Below, one piece after another: positions 45,432-55,510 of a stretch of 64,000 nt of DNA; position 1 is the stretch's first letter; each line of letters opens with the position of its first letter. The notes under the pieces were generated by a model. It was not told the origin of the DNA. It saw nothing but the letters and a program-made list of their open reading frames with translations, and did no database searches. Location: IMG/VR virus record IMGVR_UViG_3300027708_000015; one strand, given 5' to 3'. This stretch comes from a virus (lineage: Duplodnaviria > Caudoviricetes). Position numbers and translations under genes: made by a program.

Positions 45432-47945
45432 ATGACACAACAGATAATTGCCACAGGCTCAGCGGCAAATGACGGTACTGGGGATACACTTCGAAGTGCT
45501 GGTACAAAGATAAACGCTAATTTTTCGGAATTGTATGCTAACATTTATACATTGCCAACTGCACAACCTCCAGCAAACAATTTAGGTATACCGGTTGCAG
45601 GAAGACTAGGCGGAGTAATACCAGACGGTAATACGATTACTATCACAAACGGAGTTATCAGTGCTGTGTCGAGCGCGGCATCAGCTGGTGCATTAACCGG
45701 TACAGCGTTAAAATCAACAGTGGTCAGCTCAAGTCTAACCAGTGTTGGCACGCTGACAAGCCTAACAGTGAGTGGCACAACCACTTTGTCTACATCGCTT
45801 AACGGTTTGTTAAAAAGTACAAATGGTCTAGTATCCTCAGCAGTTGCAGGTACAGATTATCTAGTTCGAGGAAGCCTCAGCGTAGCAGTTGCTAGTAATA
45901 GTGGAGGCGGCAATTTAACTTACAGCAACGGTATCTTTACATTTACACCTCCGCTGATTCCAAATTACTCAGTAACAACTGCCACACCTAGCGGTGATGG
46001 CTCACTAAGCATAAGCGGAACAGTGTTTACATACACACCTTATAGTTTGCAACCAGCTACTACAGCTACACTAGGAGGTGTCAGAGTTGACGGTAGTAGC
46101 GTCACTATCAATAACGGTGTAATCAGTGTTAGTACAGGTCTAAGCGGCAGCATAAGTTTCAAAGGAACATGGAATGCAAGTACCAACACTCCTACCCTCA
46201 GCAGTAACCAAGTGGGCGCAAACGCAGGTTGGATGTACATTGTGGGCACCAGCGGAACCCAAAACTTAGGAGCTGGATCGTTTACCTATCAAGCAAGCGA
46301 TTTGCTAGTGTATGATGGTGTAAACTGGATTGATATTGCATCAAATAATGGTGTGGTATCATTCAATTCTAGAACCGGCGCAGTATTGTTGACCAGCAAT
46401 GACGTTACATCGGCATTGGGATACACTCCATTACGAACCAGCGACCTAAGTTCATATTTAACAGGGATTAGTCAAAGTCAAGTTACATCAGCATTGGGAT
46501 ATACCCCACTCCAGGCAAGTAGCCTAAGCATTGTAACAAATGCAGCCAGCGGATCTGGCAGTTTAAGTTATTCAAGCGGTGTATTTACATTTACACCTTA
46601 TGCTTTGCCAACAGCAAGCACCGCGGTGCTCGGTGGTGTTAAGATTGACAACAGTACAATCACAATCAGCAATGGAGTTATTTCTGTCAGCAGTGCGTTA
46701 ACCAGTGCCACACAATTTAAAGGCAACTGGGATGCAACTAATAACTCTCCGTTATTGGGTGGAAGTTTACCCGCTGGAGTTGTTGCTGGATGGGAATATA
46801 TTGTTAGCGTAGCTGGAACCAGAGATATAGGCAATGGAAGTACAGCATATTCTATTGGAGACTTGGTGATATATGATGGAGCCAAGTGGGTACGCATACC
46901 TGGCGGCAACGCTGTTACATCGTTTAATACACGTCAAGGTGCAATTTCATTGACTAGTAGTGATGTTACTACTGCACTGGGTTTTACACCTAGTGCATTA
47001 ATTGGTTCTTCTAGTATAACTACACTGGGCACCATTGCTACCGGAATTTGGAACGGTAGTGTGATTGCAGGACAGTACGGCGGCACTGGAGTAGCCAATA
47101 CTGGCAAGACAATTACGCTGGGCGGCAACTTAACTACTGCTGGTATTTTTACCACATCCGGCGCATTTACAACCACACTGACTGCCACATCTGATACCAC
47201 ATTGACTTTGCCAACTACTGGCACACTGGTCACACGAGCAGGCACAGAAACATTAACTAATAAAACACTTGGAGCCACCACAATTGCCGGCAGTTTAATT
47301 CCTGATACTGATATTACCTACGATCTCGGTTCCACCTCTTATAGATTCAGAGACCTATATCTAAGTGGAAGCTCAATTAAATTAGGCAGTGCAACTATAA
47401 CTTCTTCTGGTACCACATTGTCCATACCAGCATCAAGCACGTTGACAACGCCGGTAATTGCTAGTAATATTACAACGGCCAGTACAAGTTTTGATCTTGT
47501 TAATACAACTGCTACTACAGTAAACTTTGCTGGTGCGGCAACTGTTGCATTAAAGATTGGTGCCAGCGGTGCACCTATTACAGGATTTGCCGCAACAGCT
47601 ACATCAACAAGTACAGCCGCAAGTTTAGGTTACTTAGGTATGCCACAGCAGAGTAAATCAGGTGCCTACACAACAGTCATTGGTGATGCAGGTAAACACA
47701 TTTATGTAACAGCTACGGCAACTATTACCATTGACTCTAATGCCAACGTGGCTTATCCAATAGGCACAACTATTGCATTTATTGCGGCAGCTGGCGCAAC
47801 AGTGACTATCGCAATTACTTCAGACACAATGTATTTAGGTGGTACTGGCACAACAGGATCACGCACACTGGCTGCATATGGTATGGCCACTGCGGTCAAG
47901 GTTACTAGCACAAGCTGGTTTATCAACGGCACAGGATTAACATAA
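45432..47945 (+). CDS. Tail fibre with gp9/gp10-like N-terminal baseplate anchor
   Basis: IATGSAANDGTGDTLRSAGTKINANFSELY N-terminus, an internal ~160-aa duplication and a beta-rich C-terminal tip. Confidence 0.7.
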   Translation: MTQQIIATGSAANDGTGDTLRSAGTKINANFSELYANIYTLPTAQPPANNLGIPVAGRLGGVIPDGNTITITNGVISAVSSAASAGALTGTALKSTVVSSSLTSVGTLTSLTVSGTTTLSTSLNGLLKSTNGLVSSAVAGTDYLVRGSLSVAVASNSGGGNLTYSNGIFTFTPPLIPNYSVTTATPSGDGSLSISGTVFTYTPYSLQPATTATLGGVRVDGSSVTINNGVISVSTGLSGSISFKGTWNASTNTPTLSSNQVGANAGWMYIVGTSGTQNLGAGSFTYQASDLLVYDGVNWIDIASNNGVVSFNSRTGAVLLTSNDVTSALGYTPLRTSDLSSYLTGISQSQVTSALGYTPLQASSLSIVTNAASGSGSLSYSSGVFTFTPYALPTASTAVLGGVKIDNSTITISNGVISVSSALTSATQFKGNWDATNNSPLLGGSLPAGVVAGWEYIVSVAGTRDIGNGSTAYSIGDLVIYDGAKWVRIPGGNAVTSFNTRQGAISLTSSDVTTALGFTPSALIGSSSITTLGTIATGIWNGSVIAGQYGGTGVANTGKTITLGGNLTTAGIFTTSGAFTTTLTATSDTTLTLPTTGTLVTRAGTETLTNKTLGATTIAGSLIPDTDITYDLGSTSYRFRDLYLSGSSIKLGSATITSSGTTLSIPASSTLTTPVIASNITTASTSFDLVNTTATTVNFAGAATVALKIGASGAPITGFAATATSTSTAASLGYLGMPQQSKSGAYTTVIGDAGKHIYVTATATITIDSNANVAYPIGTTIAFIAAAGATVTIAITSDTMYLGGTGTTGSRTLAAYGMATAVKVTSTSWFINGTGLT

Positions 47946-48646
47946 TGACTGGTATCATGATGCACAATATGAGCCACAAGGCTGGCCCGGCTCCTGCCAC
48001 AGTGGTTTATAATCTTGATGCGGCTAATTATTCTGCTATGCCTGCGAATGGAGTAACTATAACTGGCAGTTACACATTAACAGTCAGTAACACAAATTCA
48101 AGAATTAGTTGGAACGCGGTCAATGGCGGAGTGTTTAGAAGTGCCTATATTGGAGATGCCATGGGTGATTATATGTCCGGCGGGCCAAACTACAGCAACG
48201 GCAATCAAAGTTTTACAATATTCATAGCTTATAAGTTAGCTACATCAAGCTCAGGACGGTTGCTTAACACAGGCAACGAAGCCAATGGCGATTTTGTCAT
48301 GGGCGCATACAACGGTCGACCAAAAGTTTATTTTACTGCCGCTCAAAATATCAATTTGAGTGGTGCTACCGCAGACACAGTTTGGCATTTGGACTGGGCA
48401 ACATTTAACAAGACCACAGGTGTGGCTAACCTATATTCAGCTACCAGCGTACAGCCCACGACCTATACGTATACAGCAACCAATACTGCCATACGAGGCC
48501 CTAACCAATTGAGATTGTTTAATAGGCAAAGCGGTACTGAGGCACATCCAGCTGACATTGGCGTGATAAAGGTGTGGGATGGTGCCTTAACTTTGGCTCA
48601 GGTTCAGACTGAATATGCGGCCTATAAAACCCGATTTGGATATTAA
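47945..48646 (+). CDS. Concanavalin A-like (LamG) lectin-fold protein; probable fibre-tip adhesin
   Basis: VVYNLDAANYS, FTIFIAY, WHLDWATF, DIGVIKVWDGALTLAQVQTEY.A.K.RFG; translationally coupled to the fibre gene. Confidence 0.7.
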   Translation: MTGIMMHNMSHKAGPAPATVVYNLDAANYSAMPANGVTITGSYTLTVSNTNSRISWNAVNGGVFRSAYIGDAMGDYMSGGPNYSNGNQSFTIFIAYKLATSSSGRLLNTGNEANGDFVMGAYNGRPKVYFTAAQNINLSGATADTVWHLDWATFNKTTGVANLYSATSVQPTTYTYTATNTAIRGPNQLRLFNRQSGTEAHPADIGVIKVWDGALTLAQVQTEYAAYKTRFGY

Positions 48647-48668
48647 ACTAGCACATTATGAAAACAGC

Positions 48669-48674
48669 TAAATA
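48669..48674 (+). promoter_or_regulatory. gp55-type late promoter (TAAATA)
   Basis: Upstream of ATG 48695, followed by an AGAGAG RBS-like sequence. Confidence 0.55.
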
Positions 48675-48694
48675 CAAGATAAAGAGAGTTAACT

Positions 48695-49300
48695 ATGCAT
48701 AAAGATCAAACTGGAGTCCATATTGAAGGTCATATCAAGATATATGATCCTGAATCTAAAGAAGTTTACATCAATAAACGCAATGCAATCCACTACGAAA
48801 ATATGAGTATTGCTTTGGCCAATACCATGATCAACAACGGTCAAGGCTACATATATCAAATGGCCTTTGGCAACGGTGGAACCAGCATTGATCCTACCGG
48901 AATCATTACATATCTAACTCCTAATTCAAGCGGAACTAATGCCAGTCTTTACAATCAAACATATACCAAAGTTGTAGATGGCACAGCCAGTACCAACATG
49001 GACGCAACACGCAATTTCACAGAAGTGCGTCATGTAACTGGAACAAACTACAGCGATATATTTGTGACCTGCTTGTTGGATTATGGCGAGCCTAGCGGTC
49101 AATCTGCTTTCGACACCACAATCAACGGCGAAACAACATTTGTATTTGACGAACTAGGGTTACAAAGTTACAGCCCAACAGGCAATAATTTATTACTAAC
49201 ACATGTGATATTCCATCCTGTGCTAAAGAGTTTAAATCGTTTGATACAGATCGATTACACAGTGCGTATACAAAGCCTTACTGGCTTGGTAAATGTTTAA
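48695..49300 (+). CDS. Baseplate/tail structural protein
   Basis: 201 aa; GHIKIYD, MAFGNGG, FVFDELGL, HVIFHPVLKSLNRLIQIDYTVRI resemble myovirus baseplate/fibre N-terminal folds. Confidence 0.6.
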   Translation: MHKDQTGVHIEGHIKIYDPESKEVYINKRNAIHYENMSIALANTMINNGQGYIYQMAFGNGGTSIDPTGIITYLTPNSSGTNASLYNQTYTKVVDGTASTNMDATRNFTEVRHVTGTNYSDIFVTCLLDYGEPSGQSAFDTTINGETTFVFDELGLQSYSPTGNNLLLTHVIFHPVLKSLNRLIQIDYTVRIQSLTGLVNV

Positions 49301-49310
49301 GGGGCTATAG

Positions 49311-51500
49311 ATGACATACACAGTTTCATTTACTGACTCAACAAATCCTGCCAAACCTCCGATTACAGTTGCAGACGGTGCGCTAAACAATCAAACCAGT
49401 TTGTCACTGGTAGGTCAAAATTATTCAGGATATGGGCCTGTAATAGCAGGAAACTTTTTACATCTGTTAGAAAATTTTGCCAGTGGTATTGCTCCTATCA
49501 ATCCTGTTCAAGGACAATTATGGTACGACACCAATGTAAATTCCAACATACTTAGAGTATACAACGGAACTCAATGGATAGAAGCAGGAGCACTGAAAAA
49601 AGCCACAGCAGCCAATCAACCTAGTGTTTCGGCCAGTGTAGCAGGAGACCTATGGGTCGACACTACCAACAGTCAACTTTATCTATTTTCAGGTGCAAGC
49701 TGGTTATTGGTTGGTCCCACATACAGTGCAGGATTGCAAACAGGTCCAATAGTAGAGTCTATAGTTGATACTTCGAACATAAGCCACCCAGTTATTTCGA
49801 TGTATGTAACTAGTACAACAGACAATATATCTTATCGACTTGCAATAATAAGCAAAGACGCATTTACTCCCAAGTCTAGCATCATCGGATATCAAACAAT
49901 CAAAGAAGGTGTAAACTTATATTCAAACAGTTTAACCAAAGATTCCGCCACTATCTGGGGAACTGCTGACGTGGCCAACAATTTACTGGTTGGTTCCAGC
50001 ACAGTGCCAGCGGCAAATTTTTTAAGATCGGATGTAACCAGCACTTCAAACAGTGTTCTAAATATTAGAAATGCAGGCGGCTTGAGTATAGGAAATGATC
50101 TCAGTTTCAATATTTCACAAGGCCCAACGGCCTTTACGCTATTTTCTAAAAATACCACAAGCAGTATTGAATTCAGTGTAAACGGAAGTACGCTGTTACA
50201 TTTAGATCCATCTGGATATGTGGGCGTGGGTGCAGGAAATACATCCCCTGCCACCGCTCTCAGCGTAGCAGGAGTTGTAACTTCGGGTATAGCAGGTGCA
50301 CCTGGCGGACTGATAGTGACTGATGGAGCAAGTCCTATACCAACTACAGTGTTAACTGTCAGCACTACCGGTGGAATCACCACGTCTCTGAACATGACCT
50401 CTACAGGCAATTTGTCAGTGGGCGGTGTAGTCACAGTTGGATCTGGATCAGCTGGCGGCGCAGTAATATTACCGGCACCTTCAGTTTCGGTTCCGCTATT
50501 TGATATAGGTTCGGCCAGTCAGCCTTTTAGAAACATATATGCCAACACATTTACCGGCAGTTTTACCGGAACATTCGTTGGCTCAGTAACAGGTAATGCC
50601 AGCGGCACCGCTACCGCACTACAAAATCCTACACAATTTTCCATTACTGGCGACGTAATTACCACTGCTCCAATCAATTTTACTGGAAATTCAGGACCAG
50701 CTACATTAACTACCTTGGTCAGCAACACAATGATTTCGGGAAAGACGGCAGCTACCGGAGCCAGTGCAACAGATCAAATGTTGGTATTGCAAACAAATGC
50801 CAACACTTCAAATCTAGTCAGCATGACAAGACAGACTTTTCTATCCGGGGTAGGCATTTTTGCAATACCGGCTGGAGTTATGATGCCGTTTGCTGGCCCA
50901 GTGTCTGCAATTCCTGTGGGATGGTTGTTATGTGATGGCAGTGAGATCAGCACAGCTACATACAATCAATTGTTTTTAGCGATAGGGTTTGTGTACAAGG
51001 CACAAATAAATCTATCGGGCGTAAACACGTTTGCTCTTCCGGATATGAGGGGTCGCATGCCGTTGGGATTAACCAACATGAACAACTATGGAAACATTCC
51101 TGGATTTACTCAAGCTGTCAACAGTAGTGGACAAACGGTTAATACAGGCGGCCAGCGCGGCACAGTGACAGGAGTGATAACACAAAGTGCAAATCAAACT
51201 CCAGCATCTATACTAGGAGCGGTTGGTGGATCCGACGGAACAGTACTATCAGTTGGCCAGATTCCCCAGCACAAACATAAACTAAGTACTACCAATGCTC
51301 AATACTATGCTCCGGGTGTAAATGGAGGATCTCCAGACACTAATGCTTCTCAAGGATACAGCATACCGCCAGGCGGAACAGGTTACGGATTGACCAATAC
51401 CGGAGATATGACAACTGGTGGTGCCGGTGATAGTGTAAACTTGATAAATCCTTTTATGGCAGTTAACTATATAATCTTTACTGGTGCAGGACTAAGCTAA
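49311..51500 (+). CDS. Short tail fibre with tail-collar domain (gp12-like)
   Basis: IPAGVMMPFAG...PVGWLLCDGSEIS...YNQLFLAIG...FALPDMRGR, QIPQHKH and NPFMAVNYIIFTG are tail-collar motifs. Confidence 0.8.
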   Translation: MTYTVSFTDSTNPAKPPITVADGALNNQTSLSLVGQNYSGYGPVIAGNFLHLLENFASGIAPINPVQGQLWYDTNVNSNILRVYNGTQWIEAGALKKATAANQPSVSASVAGDLWVDTTNSQLYLFSGASWLLVGPTYSAGLQTGPIVESIVDTSNISHPVISMYVTSTTDNISYRLAIISKDAFTPKSSIIGYQTIKEGVNLYSNSLTKDSATIWGTADVANNLLVGSSTVPAANFLRSDVTSTSNSVLNIRNAGGLSIGNDLSFNISQGPTAFTLFSKNTTSSIEFSVNGSTLLHLDPSGYVGVGAGNTSPATALSVAGVVTSGIAGAPGGLIVTDGASPIPTTVLTVSTTGGITTSLNMTSTGNLSVGGVVTVGSGSAGGAVILPAPSVSVPLFDIGSASQPFRNIYANTFTGSFTGTFVGSVTGNASGTATALQNPTQFSITGDVITTAPINFTGNSGPATLTTLVSNTMISGKTAATGASATDQMLVLQTNANTSNLVSMTRQTFLSGVGIFAIPAGVMMPFAGPVSAIPVGWLLCDGSEISTATYNQLFLAIGFVYKAQINLSGVNTFALPDMRGRMPLGLTNMNNYGNIPGFTQAVNSSGQTVNTGGQRGTVTGVITQSANQTPASILGAVGGSDGTVLSVGQIPQHKHKLSTTNAQYYAPGVNGGSPDTNASQGYSIPPGGTGYGLTNTGDMTTGGAGDSVNLINPFMAVNYIIFTGAGLS

Positions 51501-52840
51501 TGACATATTCAATTCTTTTAACCAATGGTACTACACTAGTACCCGGTGGCTTGGCCAATGCTACTATCAATCAAACCACTACCGATTTGACCTTGATCGG
51601 ACAAAACACCTCGGGCTACGGCACATATATCAATCAGAATTTTGTTAAATTATTAGAAAATTTTGCCAATACAAGTCAGCCAAATCATCCTCTCAAGGGA
51701 CAGTTGTGGTATGATACTAGTCAAAATTTGTTACAAATTTATAATGGCAATCAATTTACTCCAACTGGAAATACTATCGTAGCTGATTCAGCCCCCAGCG
51801 GACTGACCACAGGAGGATTATGGATCAATAGTAAAACCAGTCAACTGTACTTTAACGATGGCACACAAACTACCCTAGCCGGACCAGCTTACACAAGACA
51901 GCAGGGACTATCTGGATTTATTGTCAGTTCAGTGCTTGACACATTGAATGTCAGCCATACCATTGTGTCTCTTTATGTTGCCAATACACTGATGGGTATT
52001 TTTGCCAAGGAATCATTCGTTCCAGCATCAGCCATTACAGGTTTTACTGATACAGTTACAATCAACGCCTACCAAACACGTACAATATTAACAGTAGAAT
52101 CTGCCTCGGCTAATACATTGATAGTAGGTCAAACAATAACTGGTGACGGAGTATTACCAAATACAATTATCACCAGCTTGACAGTCAATGGTGTGACAGC
52201 TAACGGCGGCGTGGGGCAATACCTAGTAAGTACCAATGCCATAGTAACCTCTACAACTATGACCGCAGTGTATGGTACTTTGCAAATCGGGTTTAATGTC
52301 AGCACTTATGGAGGCATCAAATTCAATGTTCCAGTAAGTCAAGCCAACTATTTGTTATCGCCCACTGACGGTTCTTTGAAGAACGCTAATAGTTTTTTAT
52401 CAACTACGTCGGCCTCTCAGACTACTGGCACAATCTCTATAGCTAATTCGGCAGTTGATAGTGTTGGGTCGACACCACAATTGGTGCTAGGCCAATCGGG
52501 ATATACACAAATTAACACTACTTACAGTGCATTTGAAATAAAAAGTAAGATAGCTAATCAGGATTTTCAAGTCACTTTAAACCCTGCCAATAATGCTACC
52601 CAAGCATTTTATATCAACGGCACTGTTTTACGAGTTGGAATCAACGGATTTAATGCCAGTAATCTGCCGCAGGCCACACTGGATGTCAACGGTTCCTTTA
52701 GAGTCGCTCCGGGCAATGTTCCACTGCACTATAATTCAACGGGTGTGCAAGGACAAATTGCATGGGATTCAGGATTTATCTATGTTTGTATTGCAACAAA
52801 TACCTGGGCTCGAGCACCGCTTACAAGCGTTTCTTGGTAA
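51500..52840 (+). CDS. Tail fibre-like protein (paralogous N-terminus)
   Basis: Shares LTLIGQN..GYG...NFVKLLENFA...P...GQLWYD with its neighbours; ends GQIAWDSGFIYVCIATNTWARAPL. Confidence 0.7.
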   Translation: MTYSILLTNGTTLVPGGLANATINQTTTDLTLIGQNTSGYGTYINQNFVKLLENFANTSQPNHPLKGQLWYDTSQNLLQIYNGNQFTPTGNTIVADSAPSGLTTGGLWINSKTSQLYFNDGTQTTLAGPAYTRQQGLSGFIVSSVLDTLNVSHTIVSLYVANTLMGIFAKESFVPASAITGFTDTVTINAYQTRTILTVESASANTLIVGQTITGDGVLPNTIITSLTVNGVTANGGVGQYLVSTNAIVTSTTMTAVYGTLQIGFNVSTYGGIKFNVPVSQANYLLSPTDGSLKNANSFLSTTSASQTTGTISIANSAVDSVGSTPQLVLGQSGYTQINTTYSAFEIKSKIANQDFQVTLNPANNATQAFYINGTVLRVGINGFNASNLPQATLDVNGSFRVAPGNVPLHYNSTGVQGQIAWDSGFIYVCIATNTWARAPLTSVSW

Positions 52841-52854
52841 CAGCTTAAAATATG

Positions 52855-52862
52855 ATAAATAC
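52855..52862 (+). promoter_or_regulatory. gp55-type late promoter (ATAAATAC)
   Basis: Upstream of AAGGA RBS and ATG 52888. Confidence 0.65.
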
Positions 52863-52887
52863 ACTGAAATAAGGATGAGCGACTACC

Positions 52888-54363
52888 ATGTCATATACAA
52901 TTAATCATTATAACGGCACTTTGTTGGCTACTGTAGCAGATGGCACAGTTGATACAAGTACTAATCTTACGCTAGTAGGCAAAAACTATGCCGGCTATGG
53001 TCAAGCGCAAAACGACAATTTTGTCTGGTTGTTAGAAAATTTTGCCAATACTTCAAGTCCAGCAAATCCACTAGCTGGACAAATTTGGTTTGACAGCGGT
53101 AACAAGAAATTAAAATTTTGGGACGGAGCAAAATTCCGTATTGCTAGCGGAGCAGAAACTGGAACCACGGCACCTTCCGGACTAACGCTGGGCGATTTTT
53201 GGTTCAACACTCAGAGCAATCAGTTGTATGCATGGACTGGCACTACCTTTACTTTAATTGGACCTCAACAAGTGGTAGGTGCTGGGACAACTCAGATGCA
53301 ATCTGTTAGTGTACTTGATGTTAATAATGTAAGTCATGCTATTATACAAGGTGTTGTTAACGGCCAAACAGTTTTTACTATTGCAGGAAGTGATGCACCA
53401 TTCAACTTAAACTCTACTACAAATCCAATTACAGGATTTGATATAATACAGCAAGGGTTAACATTGCAGTATACTATCAACGCCAATAACGGTGTAACAT
53501 CGGGCAGTCAACGGTTCTGGGGAACGGCAACCAATGCAGAAAAACTAGGCGGTCATAGTATTAGCGAGTTCGTGCTGAATACAGGAACCCCGCAGTTTAC
53601 CTCTCTAGTTAATTTTAGCGATACAGGATTTACAATAGGTAGTCCTATTTCCAAGCTGGCTATATATAATGCAGGCCAAACGACTCCTACCATACAAAAT
53701 ATTAATGGCACTACAATACAATTTCAAACACTGGTCAACGGATCGACAGTAACTCCGTTGATATTGAATGGTAATAGTGCTACTCCTGGAAATACAATAG
53801 CTAATTTAGGATCAGCACAGTTACCGTGGGCCAACGTGTACGGTACTTATCATTGGGGTACAGCCCAGCAGGCTGATGCTCTAAACGTAAACAATGTGTA
53901 TGTAACCGCAAGCACATCATCCACTCCCGGAACAATCGTAGCTAGAGATAGCAGTTCAAATATTTACGCTAATTTGTTCAACGGTACTGCAACTTCAGCA
54001 CAGTATGCTGACTTGGCAGAAAAATATTTGCCAGATGCTGAATATCCAACAGGTACAGTTGTAAGTGTTGGTGGTGATCAGGAAATAACTGCTGCCACAG
54101 ATGGTGATAGAGCTATTGGTGTAATTTCTGCTAATCCAGCATATATGATGAACAGCGATCTTGAAGGCGGTGTTTATGTTGCATTGAAAGGACGAGTTCC
54201 GGTATTTGTAGTAGGTCCAATTAGCAAAGGTCAGTATTTGATATCTTGCGGAACTGGTATGGCCACCGCGGCAAATGACAGTTCAACTCCTGGAATTTTT
54301 GCTGTTAGTTTAGAAAACAGTAATCATGACGGAGTCAAACTTGTAGAATGTGTGATTCTGTAA
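52888..54363 (+). CDS. Tail fibre with C-terminal intramolecular chaperone/autocleavage domain (peptidase S74/G2-like)
   Basis: Same N-terminal adaptor as 49311 and 51500; C-terminus YADLAEKY...GTVVSVGG...IGVISANPAYMMN...VALKGRVPV. Confidence 0.75.
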   Translation: MSYTINHYNGTLLATVADGTVDTSTNLTLVGKNYAGYGQAQNDNFVWLLENFANTSSPANPLAGQIWFDSGNKKLKFWDGAKFRIASGAETGTTAPSGLTLGDFWFNTQSNQLYAWTGTTFTLIGPQQVVGAGTTQMQSVSVLDVNNVSHAIIQGVVNGQTVFTIAGSDAPFNLNSTTNPITGFDIIQQGLTLQYTINANNGVTSGSQRFWGTATNAEKLGGHSISEFVLNTGTPQFTSLVNFSDTGFTIGSPISKLAIYNAGQTTPTIQNINGTTIQFQTLVNGSTVTPLILNGNSATPGNTIANLGSAQLPWANVYGTYHWGTAQQADALNVNNVYVTASTSSTPGTIVARDSSSNIYANLFNGTATSAQYADLAEKYLPDAEYPTGTVVSVGGDQEITAATDGDRAIGVISANPAYMMNSDLEGGVYVALKGRVPVFVVGPISKGQYLISCGTGMATAANDSSTPGIFAVSLENSNHDGVKLVECVIL

Positions 54364-54365
54364 AA

Positions 54366-54372
54366 ATAAATA
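54366..54372 (+). promoter_or_regulatory. gp55-type late promoter (ATAAATA)
   Basis: Just after the 54363 stop and upstream of ATG 54392. Confidence 0.6.
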
Positions 54373-54391
54373 ACAAACAAAGGGATATTCA

Positions 54392-55492
54392 ATGCCAAAT
54401 ATAGCCGCTAACGACTATAATGCTATTCAGGGGTTAGTTGCCGGACGATTAGGCACCGGTATTAATACATATGGTCAGACACTTTACAGCGCACAAGTGT
54501 CAACTTCTGGAAACATTACAGCACAACAGTGGCAGGCTCTTCTAACTGATATAGCCGCTCTAAACTATCACCAACTAAATGCCGGTCCGCAGTACAATGG
54601 ATCACCATTAACTGTGCCTTCAAATGGCACTGGTGTATCGATAACGATTGGTACGACTACTTATACCAATGCTCCGCCTGCAGTAAAAATTAAAGAATCA
54701 GATCGTGCGGCATATCTTGCAGTGGCAAATGCGCTGGTGAATATCAATCCATCTACAGTTTCAGCTATAAGTTATCCGGGCGCCTTTACTACTAATATTA
54801 ATGCGGCACAACGAACTACCGTTGCCGCAGGTTCTTTTATTGCACCCAGTATTAGAACAGGCAGTGTTTCTCCTTGGGGAAGCACTATCAACGGAACAGC
54901 TCAAGCTAGTCCGGGAGGTCAACAATTGATTAGTATGATTGTTACACTCACGTTTCCAGATGCACTATCTGCTCAATATTATTTTAATACAGGCGGATCT
55001 ATTCTAGTATCAGGTAATGCCACTGCCGGACAGACAGCAATTTCAAATACCAAAGATTATTCCTGGCAAGTTTTATTGTCCAACATGGGCAATGTTGTTT
55101 TTAATTATACCGGCACTGCTTCGTCAGCTAGCAACGGCGTTGGAACTCCTTATGGCTGGAGTTATTTTAACGCGAATAGAAATACAACCAAAACAATTTA
55201 TACCATAACCACATCGTCATCGTTATATGCTCCTAATCAAGCTGATATACTGTGTAATCTAAATTCTACCGGCACTGTACTTACATTCACACTGGAGCTT
55301 CAAGATTTATCCACAGCAATTACTAAAGTTGCTAGCGGTGCGTCACCGGGTGATACACTGTTATATTCTATTGATACACCTGTAACAGCCACTATCTCTA
55401 CCGGAATGACTATTTCATACGCTTCGGGAAATTATGTGTCAACTAGTGCATACTTGCCAGTGCCTGTGATCACTACGCCTCTCACTGCATAA
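54392..55492 (+). CDS. Virion structural protein (paralog A)
   Basis: 366 aa, Thr/Ser/Ala-rich; shares DYN.IQ, QW.AL..DI, DRAAYLA.A.AL and YFN.G..I with 55511..56506. Confidence 0.65.
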   Translation: MPNIAANDYNAIQGLVAGRLGTGINTYGQTLYSAQVSTSGNITAQQWQALLTDIAALNYHQLNAGPQYNGSPLTVPSNGTGVSITIGTTTYTNAPPAVKIKESDRAAYLAVANALVNINPSTVSAISYPGAFTTNINAAQRTTVAAGSFIAPSIRTGSVSPWGSTINGTAQASPGGQQLISMIVTLTFPDALSAQYYFNTGGSILVSGNATAGQTAISNTKDYSWQVLLSNMGNVVFNYTGTASSASNGVGTPYGWSYFNANRNTTKTIYTITTSSSLYAPNQADILCNLNSTGTVLTFTLELQDLSTAITKVASGASPGDTLLYSIDTPVTATISTGMTISYASGNYVSTSAYLPVPVITTPLTA

Positions 55493-55510
55493 GTACAAAA
55501 AGAGGATCAT

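Noticed and set aside
30671-47281. Many 60-125-aa antisense ORFs inside the giant and fibre genes
   Set aside because: Expected by-products of the Thr/Ser/Gly codon bias (few antisense stops); no RBS or domain signatures.
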